Origin: Chthoniobacterales bacterium
GTDB taxonomy: Bacteria > Verrucomicrobiota > Verrucomicrobiia > Chthoniobacterales > UBA10450
NCBI GenBank assembly: GCA_035635435.1
Contig: DASQBB010000013.1
Location: forward strand, 1,286 to 65,285
DNA length: 64,000 nt
Direction: 5' to 3'
The translations under genes and the position numbers were made by a program. Below, in pieces: positions 20,801 to 30,844 of the stretch (positions are counted from its first letter, which is position 1; each line of letters begins with the position of its first letter). The notes under the pieces are model-generated. The model was not told the DNA's origin. It was given only the letters and a program-made list of their open reading frames with translations, and made no database searches.

Positions 20801-21778
20801 CGTGACCTGGCTGCCGGTTAGATTGATCGAGGCCGAGTTGCCGGCGTCAACGTAATCATCGATTCCGTCGAAGTTAAATGCCTGGCCGACTTCGCCAGGA
20901 GCGAAGGTAGCGCCTCCGATCATTCCGTTATTGTCGTCCTGACTGTCATCAGCATTTCCTTCGGCCTTCCACCAACTGATCATGCCCGCCGGAGCTGAAT
21001 CACAGCTAGCCAGACCGACGAATTCCAGCGCGTTGGCCATGATCTTTACCCCGTCGGTGGAAGAAACCCAAAAGTCGTTCCGGCTGTCGGTGGATGGCGG
21101 AAAGAAATTAAGATCCACCCGGCGATTTCCGTTGATAGTCCGGCGCGCGATCAGCGGCTCACCGTCCGACCAATCGGCCACTCGGACGGCATTCGCATTC
21201 AATATCGGATTACCGTCGCGAAAGGAGCTAGTGCCTCCGTCAAACGATGTCACGCCCGCCATTAGAGGGCTGCTCGGCTCGTAAACCGTTCCGAGCGTAA
21301 GCTGCCCGCTCCCTTGGCTGTTAGGCTCAAGGACGTAATAATCATCTGAAACGAAACGACCGCTCAGAGGAACCGATGCATCAGTGAAGACAGCGATCAC
21401 CACCCCGCCGCCGCCGTCCACGTAATCGGCGAGATTGTTGCCCAGTGCGGTTGAGTCCCCAAAGCTGCTGTCGCTCCAAACCAACACGCTTTTATACGCC
21501 AGTAATTGCGCGAGCGTCGGTGTTGTGGTTCCGGCATCAATGGTGTCCACCTGACTGAAACGACCGGTGGCGACTAACTTGGATTGCACTTCGCTTACCC
21601 ACGACGCGTTGTCCGCCGTGACCAGCGCAATCTTTGGCAAGCTCGGCGCCATTATTTTTGACGCAGTGGATTTCAACGGCGCCTTACCGAGCGCGAGCAA
21701 CGCGCAAGAAAGCGCGGTGAGCCCCACCATCGCACCAAAAGCGCGATTAATTTTCAGCCATGAGGTTATAATTTGCAT
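17870..21778 (-). CDS. Secreted 4x LamG (concanavalin A-like lectin) repeat protein, paralog 1 (1302 aa)
   Basis: Signal peptide, then an alpha/beta N-domain (IALVTAD...VLVWSD...[10 protein letters not shown]). Four ~215-aa modules each start C..AP.GM.SWW.AEG and end GLIDEVE.F.RALS..E...I..AG..GKC. A (PT)n linker follows, then a ~115-aa C-terminal domain ending GDITIH. Confidence 0.85.
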   Translation of the reverse strand: MQIITSWLKINRAFGAMVGLTALSCALLALGKAPLKSTASKIMAPSLPKIALVTADNASWVSEVQSKLVATGRFSQVDTIDAGTTTPTLAQLLAYKSVLVWSDSSFGDSTALGNNLADYVDGGGGVVIAVFTDASVPLSGRFVSDDYYVLEPNSQGSGQLTLGTVYEPSSPLMAGVTSFDGGTSSFRDGNPILNANAVRVADWSDGEPLIARRTINGNRRVDLNFFPPSTDSRNDFWVSSTDGVKIMANALEFVGLASCDSAPAGMISWWKAEGNADDSQDDNNGMIGGATFAPGEVGQAFNFDGIDDYVDAGNSASINLTGSQVTIDAWINPSADLTTESWFFGKSGDGTVRYAIEWEPGDPGVLVGRANTGAVQANFTPPTNTWTHVAVVYDGNAETSTTKLYVNGVVVASGSPSSGNLTPTSAPFVIGAFDSTHTRNFKGLVDEVELFDRALSDTEVARIFNAGSLGKCPCTPAPDGMVSWWRAEGDAVDSKDGNDGTLENGAGFAAGEVRQAFTLNGSNQYVDVGDVDLPVTFTIDAWINPTNLSITHSIISKDDGNTARSYFLEINTDGNLIASVRNTNGAFTIYETNSAVTTGSFQHVAVTYDGNAVEGPKMLFYINGVNAPASVFADNGGTPEENDLSAKIGMAGDGVSDPFGGLIDEVEVFSRALSNSEVAAIYSAGSAGKCRTCTPAPGGMISWWPAEGNAMDVEDGNNGTLQTGVTFSPGKVGQAFSFDGNGGVLVPDADNLDVTTKFTLDAWVNTTDLSDFPMLFSKFNSGNGSYELHLQPDGSVRSNVSGDGSSLDSLISGAGVVTTGSWYHVATTFNAGDWKIYVNGAQVASKTSSVTSVFSGTADLLIGRDVGTTHMMNGLIDEAEIFDRALSQAEIQKIFDAGSKGKCPCVSPPNNMIAWWPADDNTTDIQGGHDATLNGAGFGPGEVRDAFSFNGDGDSVSIPDSTDWNFGTGEFTFDFWARATGTSRMYALDFAPAGGVRNLDFDFNDTFGLWVYWNSNGGSNGNNAIQVGSLGDYTNDQWHHFALTRSQSTWTLYIDGAVTGTASDSEALDLSGASNNYLGALSAQSDFWNGLIDEVEIFNRALSADEVKAIYNAGGAGKCKPQPTPTPTPTPTPTPTPTPTPTPTPTPTPTPTPTPTPTPTPTPFPTPTPTPPPTPTPTPTPATSPTDVDGHGTIVGPHENQASFDLGVALQKFKKKTKIIGNVMFDDPATPLSFHSTKITTLTFNGNQAHIAGKGKANGANVSFTVDVIDNGYPGTNDFFSIHLSNGYSASGNPVTGDITIH
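18231..18418 (-). repeat. (Pro-Thr)n linker coding repeat in paralog 1
   Basis: In-frame ACN-CCN dinucleotide-codon repeat giving PTPTPT...[19 protein letters not shown]. Confidence 0.9.
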
Positions 21779-21862
21779 AATCGGTCTCCTGTTTTGATTG
21801 CGGAGGAATCAACTGAGCCGCGGGCAGCCAGAGAATTATTTTGGAACGCGCGCCTGTGCGCT

Positions 21863-21971
21863 GGGGTCATTCCGCGCTGAAAAGAAAAAATCATTTGAGC
21901 GCGCCGAAGTTCGGCGCTGCCGGAGCGATTCTTGCGTGAATATGCGTGATGCGGTCAAGCTTTTTCCGCAA
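21863..21971 (-). promoter_or_regulatory. Conserved promoter/leader block upstream of paralog 1
   Basis: Shared with 30537-30646. Minus-strand TTGACC (21958-21953), a 19-nt diverged spacer, then AAGAAT (21933-21928). A leader follows with the palindrome gcgccgaa-g-ttcggcgc (21901-21917). Confidence 0.35.
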
Positions 21972-22059
21972 GAGGCGAGACACGAATTGCACTAATTTTC
22001 ACGAATTTCTTCGTCAGATTGGTGCCGATTCGTGTAATTGGTGTCTCACTCGCCGTCTC

Positions 22060-22108
22060 TGAATTTTACGTCCGGCTTTTTGCACTTCGCGATAAGGCAG
22101 AAGCCAGA
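22060..22108 (-). pseudogene. Relic of the 3' end of a VOC/glyoxalase gene
   Basis: tgaattttacgtccggctttttgcacttcgcgataaggcagaagccagac aligns with the last codons and stop of the intact VOC gene at 32762-32812. Confidence 0.55.
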
Positions 22109-22160
22109 CCCGCCTCCGTCAAGACTTCGGCGCGGCAAGCAGAGCGAGGCGGCTACAACT

Positions 22161-25100
22161 TTAGTGAATGGTAATGTCGCCGGTTACTGGATTGCCGCTG
22201 GCTGAGTAACCGTTACTGAGATGGATTGAGAAGAAGTCGAGTGTGCCGGGTGAGCCGTTGTCGATCGCGTCTACGGTGAAACTCACTCTCGCCTTCCCAT
22301 TCTTGCCGGCGCCCGCAATGTGAGCCGAGTTACCATTGAAAGTGAGCGTGGTCACCTTGGTTGTGCGAAACGAGATACCAGAAGCAGGATCGTCGTAGCC
22401 GAGGCCGCCGATGATCTTGGTTTTGTTTTTCACCATCTGCAGTCGCACATTGATGGAGAAAGTGCCCTCGGTCTCGTGTGGGCCAAGAATGGTACCGTTG
22501 CCGTCGACATCCTGAAGCGTATTAACCGGAGTTGCAGTCGGTGTCGGTGTCGGGGGAGGCGTAGGAGTTGGTGTAGGAAAAGGAGTTGGAGTTGGTGTTG
22601 GGGTAGGAGTTGGAGTAGGCGTCGGCGTGGGCGTTGGCGTCGGGGTAGGTGTCGGTGTAGGCGTAGGCGTGGGCGTCGGAGTAGGCGTGGGCGTGGGAGT
22701 AGGAGTTGGAGTTGGTGTCGGCGTGGGCGTTGGGGTTGGGGTTGGAGTAGGAGTCGGTGTCGGTGTCGGGGTAGGAGTTGGAGTCGGCGTCGGCGTCGGC
22801 GTAGCTTGAGGTTTGCACTTACCCGCGCCACCAGCGTTGTAGATTGCTGCGATTTCTTCATCGCTCAGGGCGCGGTTGAACAATTCAACTTCGTCAACCA
22901 ATCCATTAAAGAATTCCTGGCTGCTTTCGTTCGTGGGATTTTCGTGATGGCCTATTTCGAGAGGACCAGAGGTGCTGGGAAGAATTAGTCCACCTTTTTC
23001 GACGCTGTTATCAAGCACGCCGTTGATGTAAACCTTTGCGATCGCGAGATTGCTGTCATACGTGCCAGCGATGTGATACCAAACATTGTCCTGGATCGTA
23101 GTGTTCGATAAGACGACGTCTTCCCACGAGCCGGTATTAAAAGCGAAATCGACCTGGCGCGTCTCCGACAGGACGATCAATCCATAACGGAGATTGTCAC
23201 AACAGCCCGGGTTCGTGTCGGTTTGCTTAAGCAGAACAATGCAGTTGTCAGTGCAATTGCCCTTCTTCATCACCCATGCGTCAATGCTGATAGCGGCCTG
23301 AATGTTTTGATTGATGTTGTGCGGGATAGTGACGTATCCGCTTGATCCATCCAAGCTGAACGCTTCGCCGACCTCGCCATTCGCGTAGGTGGCACCGCCT
23401 ACCAGCATGCCATGATTGTTATCTTGATAATCGAACGGGTTAAGATCCGCCGGCCACCAGCTGACCATGCCCGACGGTGGCGGTGTGCAGGGGCACTTAC
23501 CTTTGCTGCCGGCGTCGTAGATTTTTTGAACTTCGTTCTTAGTCAAAGCCCGCCCGAAGGCTTCCGCTTCGTCAATCAAGCCGATGAAATTGGCGCTGGC
23601 GCCATTTGAACCGAGGAACAGGTCGTCAGTGCCTGGAAAGACCGAAGAGGTGTTGAACGTGTCTGATCCGACTACGGCACCGTTTACGAAAAACTGCACC
23701 GACCCGGCATCGAAGGTCACGGCCACATGTTGCCACTGGTTGGCGGAGACGACGCCGGCAGCGGTGCTGCGTGAATCATTAGTCGAGCCGTCGCTGCTGA
23801 TGTAGAGGCGAAGGCTACCGTCGCTGAATACATCGAATTCGTAACTAATCGACGTGCCCGAGCCGTTGATCTTGCTAAAGAGAATCGCGGTGGTCAAAGG
23901 ATTGGGATAAATCCATGCGTCGAGAGTAAACGCACTCGTAAAGTGGAGATTGTTCGCATCAGGGACCCTCACTACTCCATTATTAGACCCATCGAACTGA
24001 AAGGCCTGACCTACTTCGCCCGGCGCAAAAGTCACACCAGTGCCCACTGTCCCATTGTTGTTGTCCTCACTGTCGCTGGCGTTGCCTTCGGCCTTCCACC
24101 AACTGATCATTCCACCGGGAGCGACTGTGCAAGATCGACATTTACCCGCGCCGCCGGCGGCATAGATGGCCGCGACTTCGGAATCGCTAAGTGCGCGGTT
24201 GAACACTTCGATCTCATCGAGCAACCCGTGGAAAAAGTGTTGCACGCCGGCGCGAGTGCCAAATGCAAGCACGCCTGTGCTTGGACTGCGCGTGGCCGGG
24301 GCCGAGGCGGCAAGCGTGCCGTTAATGTAGACCTTCACGGTACTGCCATCGAATGTTTGCGCGACGTGAAACCACTGATTCAAAGGCACGCTGCCGTTGG
24401 CCGTACTAAACGATGTTCCATTAACGATGCTGAGAAGATTTTGATCGGGCGCATAAATGAAGATGGAATAGCTATCTTCGCCGCCTGAATCCTGAGTTTT
24501 GACCAGTAAGGCATCGTGACTCGATCCGTTAATCAACCCTTTCCAATAAACCCAGATGTCAAAACTATAGGCGGCGTTTGGATCCGGAAAACTATCCACC
24601 GTTACCGTCTGGCTCGTCCCGTTGAAGCTCATCGCCTGGTTCACCTCGCCCGCTTCAAACGTCGGCCCGCCGTTAACCGGTGTTCCGTTATGACCACCTT
24701 GTCTGTCGTCGAGATTCCCCTCGCCCGGCCACCAACCGGTCATTCCATCCGGTGCCGGTGTGCACGGACATTTGCCGTTGCTGCCCGCATTGAAAATTCG
24801 AGCAACTTCAGTCCCGCTCAGCGCGCGCTCGAACACTTCGACCTCATCAACGAGTCCGTTGAAATTACGCGTGTGGCTGGAATCAAATGCGCCAATCACA
24901 AATGGGACCGACGAGCTTGATAGATTTCCTGAAGAGGGGCTTCCAGAAGCCACCACCACTCCGTTGACGTAGAGAGTCGTCGTGGGATTGGCATTGCCAT
25001 CATAAACGACGGCAACGTGTGTCCATGTGTTAGCGGGCGGAGTAAACGTAGCTTGGACGCTGCTTGTATTTGCGCGTCCAACTAAAGAGCCCGATTCCCA

Positions 25101-26357
25101 TTCGATCGCATATCGTACGGCGCCCTCGCCGTCTTTGCCGAAGAACCAGGACTCAGTCGTGAGCGGCGAGCTCGGGTTGATCCAGCCATCGATGGTTACC
25201 TGACTGCCGGTCAGATTCAGCGAATTCGGATTGCCGACATCAACATAGTCGTCCACGCCATCGAAACTAAATGCCTGGCCGACCTCCCCACCGGCAAAAG
25301 TAGCGCCTCCGATCGTGCCGTTGTTATCGCCTTGACTGTCTTTGGCATCTCCTTCGGCTTTCCACCAGCTGACCATGCCCGCCGGAGCACCGACGCAAGA
25401 CGTGGCGGCCACACCTTGGTCAAAATCACACTGACTATTAACTGTGTCGGTGACCTGGATGGTGGTCGTAAATTGCCCGGCCGTCTGATAAGTGTGCGTT
25501 CCCGAAACCGTGTAGGGTCCGGTGCCGGGACCGCCACTCACAACTCCGGTTGTCGTCGGCGTGCCATCGCCCCAGTCGATCGTGGCCGTGAAATTAGTCG
25601 CGACGGCATCGTTTCTTAAGGAAGTAAAAGTCGCGACTGGTCCGTTGAAATTATTGCCAACGGCAGATTGAAACGTGGCGGCCCTGACAACGAGATCAAA
25701 GGTGAAACTGTACTCGGTGCCGGGAGCGGGAACAGTGTGGCAAGCGACCGGCAGGGTGTATTGGCTGCCGGTGTCTCGTTGGACGCCGATTCCACCAATG
25801 CCACTGCTTATGCTCCCATAGATGAAATCGATTCGCGGGCAACCTTCACGGAGCCGGACCTCGAAATTCACGACCGGCGGTCCAGAGCTGCAACAGTACT
25901 GCGTTCGCCATTCGATATTGAAAATTCGGTTGGGCGCCGAGCCGCTCACCGATGTGAAAATGCCCTGGCCACTGCCAGAGTCGCGCGTATACAAATCTGT
26001 CCAGCCCGGAGCGATCAAATTATTGGCGGAACTGTCCGGCACGCAGACCGTGCAGCAACTTTCGCCCGAGGTGAAATACAGGTTTCCGTTCGAGTACACT
26101 ACCGCGCTGGTGAAAACTTGGTCGTAAAATGTCACCGAAAACGGCAACGTGATTCCGGTCCCGCAATCGTCACAATGATTGCCAACGTCGGTATCGCCGG
26201 GCACGATCCGCGCACCGGTACCCGTGACTGCGGTATAATCCGGTGGCGGCACAGCTTTTGCCGCAAGCAAACCAAACACTGCTACCGCGACGATGACCTT
26301 GGCAGCGCGCGCGTTCTGCGCCGCAATCGACTTCGCCCGCTCATATGGGTGCGCCAT
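22161..26357 (-). CDS. Secreted 4x LamG repeat protein, paralog 2 (1398 aa), with a different N-terminus (Cys-rich NIDO-like plus PKD-like)
   Basis: N-terminus [27 protein letters not shown]...IAPGWTDLY, then the PKD-like IDWGDGT...YTVSGTHTY...IQVTD. It has the same 4 LamG modules, the longest PT linker and the same C-terminal domain. Confidence 0.85.
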   Translation of the reverse strand: MAHPYERAKSIAAQNARAAKVIVAVAVFGLLAAKAVPPPDYTAVTGTGARIVPGDTDVGNHCDDCGTGITLPFSVTFYDQVFTSAVVYSNGNLYFTSGESCCTVCVPDSSANNLIAPGWTDLYTRDSGSGQGIFTSVSGSAPNRIFNIEWRTQYCCSSGPPVVNFEVRLREGCPRIDFIYGSISSGIGGIGVQRDTGSQYTLPVACHTVPAPGTEYSFTFDLVVRAATFQSAVGNNFNGPVATFTSLRNDAVATNFTATIDWGDGTPTTTGVVSGGPGTGPYTVSGTHTYQTAGQFTTTIQVTDTVNSQCDFDQGVAATSCVGAPAGMVSWWKAEGDAKDSQGDNNGTIGGATFAGGEVGQAFSFDGVDDYVDVGNPNSLNLTGSQVTIDGWINPSSPLTTESWFFGKDGEGAVRYAIEWESGSLVGRANTSSVQATFTPPANTWTHVAVVYDGNANPTTTLYVNGVVVASGSPSSGNLSSSSVPFVIGAFDSSHTRNFNGLVDEVEVFERALSGTEVARIFNAGSNGKCPCTPAPDGMTGWWPGEGNLDDRQGGHNGTPVNGGPTFEAGEVNQAMSFNGTSQTVTVDSFPDPNAAYSFDIWVYWKGLINGSSHDALLVKTQDSGGEDSYSIFIYAPDQNLLSIVNGTSFSTANGSVPLNQWFHVAQTFDGSTVKVYINGTLAASAPATRSPSTGVLAFGTRAGVQHFFHGLLDEIEVFNRALSDSEVAAIYAAGGAGKCRSCTVAPGGMISWWKAEGNASDSEDNNNGTVGTGVTFAPGEVGQAFQFDGSNNGVVRVPDANNLHFTSAFTLDAWIYPNPLTTAILFSKINGSGTSISYEFDVFSDGSLRLYISSDGSTNDSRSTAAGVVSANQWQHVAVTFDAGSVQFFVNGAVVGSDTFNTSSVFPGTDDLFLGSNGASANFIGLIDEAEAFGRALTKNEVQKIYDAGSKGKCPCTPPPSGMVSWWPADLNPFDYQDNNHGMLVGGATYANGEVGEAFSLDGSSGYVTIPHNINQNIQAAISIDAWVMKKGNCTDNCIVLLKQTDTNPGCCDNLRYGLIVLSETRQVDFAFNTGSWEDVVLSNTTIQDNVWYHIAGTYDSNLAIAKVYINGVLDNSVEKGGLILPSTSGPLEIGHHENPTNESSQEFFNGLVDEVELFNRALSDEEIAAIYNAGGAGKCKPQATPTPTPTPTPTPTPTPTPTPTPTPTPTPTPTPTPTPTPTPTPTPTPTPTPTPTPTPTPTPTPTPTPTPTPTPTPFPTPTPTPPPTPTPTATPVNTLQDVDGNGTILGPHETEGTFSINVRLQMVKNKTKIIGGLGYDDPASGISFRTTKVTTLTFNGNSAHIAGAGKNGKARVSFTVDAIDNGSPGTLDFFSIHLSNGYSASGNPVTGDITIH
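22531..22806 (-). repeat. (Pro-Thr)n linker coding repeat in paralog 2
   Basis: The longest of the four tracts. Its + strand shadow is the MGVGVGV... ORF at 22627-22809. Confidence 0.9.
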
Positions 26358-26544
26358 TTACGAGTGTCGAAGGGTCGACGACTCTGGGATCATTATTGTC
26401 CGATTGCGCTCGATGGGGTCAAGTTTTTTCGGCGAGGACGAAAACAGGAAATCGCTCGCACGCTTTCGTTCTTTAGTGTTTCGTTCGGCGGCTCGGAAGC
26501 CGCCGCTCCTTGTTATGCGACGCTCATAGAGCGCCGCTACAAAA

Positions 26545-29500
26545 TCAGTGAATGGTAATGTCGCCGGTTACTGGATTACCGCTGGCGGAGTAACCGTTAC
26601 TCAGATGGATTGAGAAATAGTCGTTGGTGCCGGGATAGCCGTTGTCGATCGCGTCCACGGTGAAGCTCACGTTTGCTCCGTTAGCCTTGCCCCTGCCCGC
26701 AATGTGCGCCTGGTTTCCGTTGAAGGTAAGCGTAGTGACTTTCGTGGAATGGAATGAAAGCGGGGTTGCCGGATCATCGAACATCACGTTACCGATGATC
26801 TTGGTCTTTTTCTTGAATTTCTGCAGTGCCACGCCGAGGTCGAAGCTGGCCGCACTCTCATGCGGCCCCACGATCGTCCCATGTCCATCCACATCAGTCG
26901 GTGAAGTTGCCGGAGTCGGAGTAGGTGTCGGTGTCGGGGGAGGCGTCGGAGTCGGTGTAGGAAAAGGAGTAGGAGTAGGTGTCGGCGTGGGAGTAGGAGT
27001 TGGAGTTGGTGTCGGCGTGGGCGTTGGGGTTGGAGTGGGAGTCGGGGTCGGCGTTGGGGTAGGTGTCGGAGTGGGAGTTGGAGTAGGCGTCGGGGTAGGC
27101 TGAGGTTTGCACTTACCCGCGCCGCCCGCGTTGTAGATAGCGGCGACTTCATCGGCGGTCAGGGCGCGGTTGAAAATTTCTACTTCATCGATTTTGCCAT
27201 TGAAGAACTGATCGATGCCACCGCGGCTGCCAATAGCTTTGGTATTGCCACCGTCGTCAGGTATCGCTCCCGAAGTCGCCCGGGTAGTGGGATCCTGAAC
27301 GCCGTTGATGTAAAGCCGCGCCGTTTCGCCGTCCCAGGTCAACGCCAAATGCGTCCACTGATTCGCCGGAATGGTGTTCGTGCTGTCGGCGCTGCCGCTA
27401 GCTGAATTATTGATGGCAAAACGAACCTGTGCCGTCGGTGTCAGTTGGATCCACCAGATGTTGGTCGGGCCGGGATAGATGATGCCTTGGTAATCGGAGA
27501 AGCCGGTTGGATAAACCCACGCATCGATCGTGACTTGCGTGAAGCCGCCGAGGAGGTTTTGCGCACCCAGATCGACATATCCAGTAGTGCCATTGAAGCT
27601 AAATGCCTTTTCAACTTCGCCACTGGAAAAGGACGTGTTTCCCTGCAGTGTGCCATCGCGGCTATCCTGAATGTCATTCGCGTTTCCATCCGCCGGCCAC
27701 CAATTGACCATGCCTTCCGGAGGGTTAGTGCAGGCGCACTTACCCGCGCTGCCGGCGTCGTAAATTTTTTGAACCTCGGCTTGGGTCAATGCTCGATCGA
27801 ACATTTCAACTTCGTCAATGATGCCGGCGAAGTTGTCGTAGAATCCACTCGTCTCGCTGTCGCCAATGACGAAGCGAGCGGTGTCAACGTTCAAGGTATC
27901 GCTCCCGAATACTTGCCCGACTTGTTCGCCGTTCGCGTAAAGTGTCATTTCGCGACTCTCACCATTATTTCGCAACGTGAGTGCAACGTGGGTGAACTGA
28001 TTGGCCTGAATAACGCCCGGATTCGAGCAAACATTCAAGACGTCGCTATTGAGATACCCGCAGAGCGAGCCGTCCTTTTTGATTTGCATGCCAATTCGAT
28101 TGAAGAGGGCAGTGCCCTTTTCAAAGACCACCGGACCGGTGACCTGATCGAGGTTGAGCGTGCTTGGATTTATCCAGGCATCGAGCGTGATCTCGGAGTT
28201 CGTCGGCGGAGTCTGGTTAACGCCGACCGAATCATCATTCCCATCGAGACTGAAACCTTGATCGACTTCGCCGGCTCCAAAGGTTGCGCCGTTCTGAAGC
28301 GTGCCGTCGTTGTGACCAATCACGTCAGCGGTGTTTCCATTGCCCGGCCACCACCCGGCCATTCCGCCGGGCGCGGGAGTGCAGGCTCGACATTTACCGG
28401 CGCCGCCGGCGGTGTAGATGGCCGTGATTTCGTCGGCGCTCAGGCCACGGTCGAATACTTCTACTTCATCAATCAAGCCAGTGAAGAAGAGACCGCCCGA
28501 TCTGCCGCCAATCGTAAATGATTCGCCGGAGTCATCGATGGTTCCACTAAAGGAGGTTGAACCGACATTTGCGCCGTTGGCGTAAACCGTCATTGTGTCT
28601 CCATCATAGGTCAGCGCCACATGGGTCCAGGCGTTAACCGGCGGAAAATAACCGGTGTTAATTTCGTGCTCGGTTCCGCCCGTTTTTATTATTGCAACGA
28701 GTTGGCAGGTTGGGCCGAAGATACAGAGCAGGGTATAGTCGTTGCCGCCCGACTGGGACTTGCCAAAATAGTTAGCCTCGTTCGTATCTGACGGATTTAT
28801 CCAGCCATCAAGGGTGACTTGGCCGCCAATGTTGATAAGATTTGAAGGCCGTCCTGCATCAGCGAAGCCACTTCCATTGAAGCTGAATGCCTGTCGGACC
28901 TCACCAGCACCAAAGGTCGCGGGACCAAGCGATAAATTATTCTGGCTAACGATATCGTCGCCGTTGCCGTCTCCTGGCCACCAGCTGATCATGCTATCCG
29001 GCGCGGGTGTGCACGGGCATTTGCCTAAGCTGCCCGCGTTGAAAATCCGGGCGACCTCAGTGTCGCTCAGCGCGCGATCGAACAGTTCTACTTCGTCAAC
29101 GAGTCCTTTGAAATTACGGGTGTGAGTGGAATCGAACGCTCCGATGACAAAGGGCGCGGAAGACGCCGTCAGATTTCCTGAAGAGGGGCTGCCGGATGCA
29201 ACCACGACTCCGTTGACGTAAAGCTTAGTAGTAGAAGTTTCAGCATTGCCATCGTAGACGACCGCAACGTGTGTCCACGTGTTAGTGGGCGGGGTAAAGT
29301 TCGCTTGGACGGCGCCGGTATTTGCTCGTCCAATCAGGGTGCCCGGGTCGCCCGGCTCCCATTCGATTGCATAGCGCACGGTTCCATCGCCCGATTTGCC
29401 AAAGAACCACGACTCGGTGCTGAGGTCCGCGCTCGGATTGATCCACGCGTCAATCGTGACCTGGCTGCCGGTTAGATTGATCGAGGCCGAGTTGCCGGCA

Positions 29501-30456
29501 TCAACGTAATCATCGACGCCATCAAAGCTAAATGCCTGGCCGACTTCGCCAGAGACAAACGTGGCACCGCCGATCGTACCGTTGTTACCGCCTTGACTGT
29601 CATCGGCATTGCCTTCCGCTTTCCACCAACTGATCATGCCGGCTGGAGCTGAATCGCACGAGGCCAGGCCGACGAATTCGAGCGCGTTGGCCATGATCTT
29701 TACGCCATCGGTAGAAGAAACCCAAAAGTCACTCTGACTGTCGGTCGATGGCGGAAAGAAATTAAGATCCACTCGGCGATTGCCATTGATGGTTCGGCGC
29801 GCGATCAGCGGCTCACCGTCCGACCAATCGGCCACTCGGATTGCGTTCGCATTCAATATCGGATTACCGTCGCGAAAGGAGCTGGTGCCGCCGTCAAACG
29901 ATGTCACGCCCGCCATGAGTGGGCTGCTCGGCTCGTAAACCGTTCCGAGTGTAAGATGCCCGAGCGTGTCGCCGTTAGGCTCGAGGACGTAATAATCATC
30001 AGATACAAAACGGCCGCTCAGAGGAACAATTGCATCCGTGAAGACAGCGATCACCACCCCGCCGCCGCCGTCCACATAGTCGGCGAGATTGTTGCCGAGT
30101 GCTGTGTCGTCGGCAAAACCACTATCGCTCCAGACGAGGATACTCTTATAGGCGCGTAATTGATTGGCCGTTGGCGTGGTTGAACTTGCATCAATAATGT
30201 CCACCTGACCGAACCGGCCGGTCGCGATCAATTTTCCCTGAACCTCGCTCACAAATGAAGGGGCGTCCGCCGCCACAAGCGCGATCTTGGGCAAGCTCGT
30301 CGCCGGTAGTTTTGGCGCGGACGGTTTGATCGAGACATGCGTGCTCGATTTCGACGGCGCTTTACCGAGCGCGAGCAGCGCGCAGAAAAGCAGAGTAGTC
30401 GTGACGGTTGCACCAAGCGTTCGATTAATTTTCAGCCACGAGGACAACAATTTCAT
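26545..30456 (-). CDS. Secreted 4x LamG repeat protein, paralog 3 (~1303 aa from Met50 of the tracked ORF)
   Basis: [18 protein letters not shown] aligns with the [18 protein letters not shown] start of paralog 1. The N-domain, module 1, PT linker and C-domain are nearly identical to paralog 1. Modules 2-4 are divergent. Confidence 0.85.
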   Translation of the reverse strand: MKLLSSWLKINRTLGATVTTTLLFCALLALGKAPSKSSTHVSIKPSAPKLPATSLPKIALVAADAPSFVSEVQGKLIATGRFGQVDIIDASSTTPTANQLRAYKSILVWSDSGFADDTALGNNLADYVDGGGGVVIAVFTDAIVPLSGRFVSDDYYVLEPNGDTLGHLTLGTVYEPSSPLMAGVTSFDGGTSSFRDGNPILNANAIRVADWSDGEPLIARRTINGNRRVDLNFFPPSTDSQSDFWVSSTDGVKIMANALEFVGLASCDSAPAGMISWWKAEGNADDSQGGNNGTIGGATFVSGEVGQAFSFDGVDDYVDAGNSASINLTGSQVTIDAWINPSADLSTESWFFGKSGDGTVRYAIEWEPGDPGTLIGRANTGAVQANFTPPTNTWTHVAVVYDGNAETSTTKLYVNGVVVASGSPSSGNLTASSAPFVIGAFDSTHTRNFKGLVDEVELFDRALSDTEVARIFNAGSLGKCPCTPAPDSMISWWPGDGNGDDIVSQNNLSLGPATFGAGEVRQAFSFNGSGFADAGRPSNLINIGGQVTLDGWINPSDTNEANYFGKSQSGGNDYTLLCIFGPTCQLVAIIKTGGTEHEINTGYFPPVNAWTHVALTYDGDTMTVYANGANVGSTSFSGTIDDSGESFTIGGRSGGLFFTGLIDEVEVFDRGLSADEITAIYTAGGAGKCRACTPAPGGMAGWWPGNGNTADVIGHNDGTLQNGATFGAGEVDQGFSLDGNDDSVGVNQTPPTNSEITLDAWINPSTLNLDQVTGPVVFEKGTALFNRIGMQIKKDGSLCGYLNSDVLNVCSNPGVIQANQFTHVALTLRNNGESREMTLYANGEQVGQVFGSDTLNVDTARFVIGDSETSGFYDNFAGIIDEVEMFDRALTQAEVQKIYDAGSAGKCACTNPPEGMVNWWPADGNANDIQDSRDGTLQGNTSFSSGEVEKAFSFNGTTGYVDLGAQNLLGGFTQVTIDAWVYPTGFSDYQGIIYPGPTNIWWIQLTPTAQVRFAINNSASGSADSTNTIPANQWTHLALTWDGETARLYINGVQDPTTRATSGAIPDDGGNTKAIGSRGGIDQFFNGKIDEVEIFNRALTADEVAAIYNAGGAGKCKPQPTPTPTPTPTPTPTPTPTPTPTPTPTPTPTPTPTPTPTPTPTPTPFPTPTPTPPPTPTPTPTPATSPTDVDGHGTIVGPHESAASFDLGVALQKFKKKTKIIGNVMFDDPATPLSFHSTKVTTLTFNGNQAHIAGRGKANGANVSFTVDAIDNGYPGTNDYFSIHLSNGYSASGNPVTGDITIH
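26911..27100 (-). repeat. (Pro-Thr)n linker coding repeat in paralog 3
   Basis: In-frame PT repeat. Confidence 0.9.
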
Positions 30457-30536
30457 GGGTGCTTCTTTTGCCTTGAACTGCCGCCAACGAATCGATCGGC
30501 GAAGATCGACATCTCGCGCGACACGCGCTTGCGCGT

Positions 30537-30646
30537 CGGGGTCATTCCGCGCTGAAAAGAAAAAATCATTTGGGCCCGCCGAAATTCGGCGCTGCCGCAG
30601 CAATTCTTGTCCGACTTCGCCCTACGCGGTCAAGCTTTTTCCGCAA
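30537..30646 (-). promoter_or_regulatory. Conserved promoter/leader block upstream of paralog 3
   Basis: Minus-strand TTGACC (30633-30628), a 19-nt spacer, then AAGAAT (30608-30603). The hairpin cgccgaa-a-ttcggcg lies at 30577-30591. The hexamers are conserved while the spacer differs from the paralog 1 copy. Confidence 0.35.
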
Positions 30647-30764
30647 AACGAAAACGCAAATCTGCTGAGATTCCTCGCACAAAGGGCACGACGGACACAA
30701 CGAAATATTAGCTTTTCCTTTGTGGGCCTTTGTGCGCTTGGTGCGAGCTTTGATTTCTCCGCAA

Positions 30765-30840
30765 ACTTCACGCCCGCTTTTTGCACTTCGCGATAAGGCG
30801 AAAGCCAGGCTAGCGATTCATCATGAAGATCGCACGTTGT
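30765..30840 (-). pseudogene. Relic of the 3' end of a VOC/glyoxalase gene
   Basis: acttcacgcccgctttttgcacttcgcgataaggcgaaagccaggctagcgattcatcatgaagatcgcacgttg aligns with 32768-32843. In the VOC frame it now contains a stop (QRAIFMMNR*). Confidence 0.6.
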
Positions 30841-30844
30841 TCTA

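Noticed and set aside
22627-22809. The MGVGVGVGV... ORF and similar Gly/Val or Arg-rich ORFs across 18100-18470, 22320-22990 and 26640-27150. I also considered whether the regular repeats could be a CRISPR array.
   Set aside because: They are the antisense or off-frame readings of the in-frame (Pro-Thr)n linker codons of the LamG genes. The 6-nt periodicity has no unique spacers, so it is not a CRISPR array.
25668-28521. Long + strand ORFs (296 aa at 25668-26558 and 358 aa at 27445-28521) inside the LamG genes.
   Set aside because: They have no recognisable motifs, lie antisense to strongly supported repeat-module genes, and have the biased Arg/Ala/Gly composition of shadow frames.
30457-30603. 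A 49-codon N-terminal extension of LamG paralog 3 ([20 protein letters not shown]...).
   Set aside because: Paralog 1 starts at the aligned Met ([12 protein letters not shown] vs [12 protein letters not shown]). The extension coincides with the conserved non-coding promoter/leader block.
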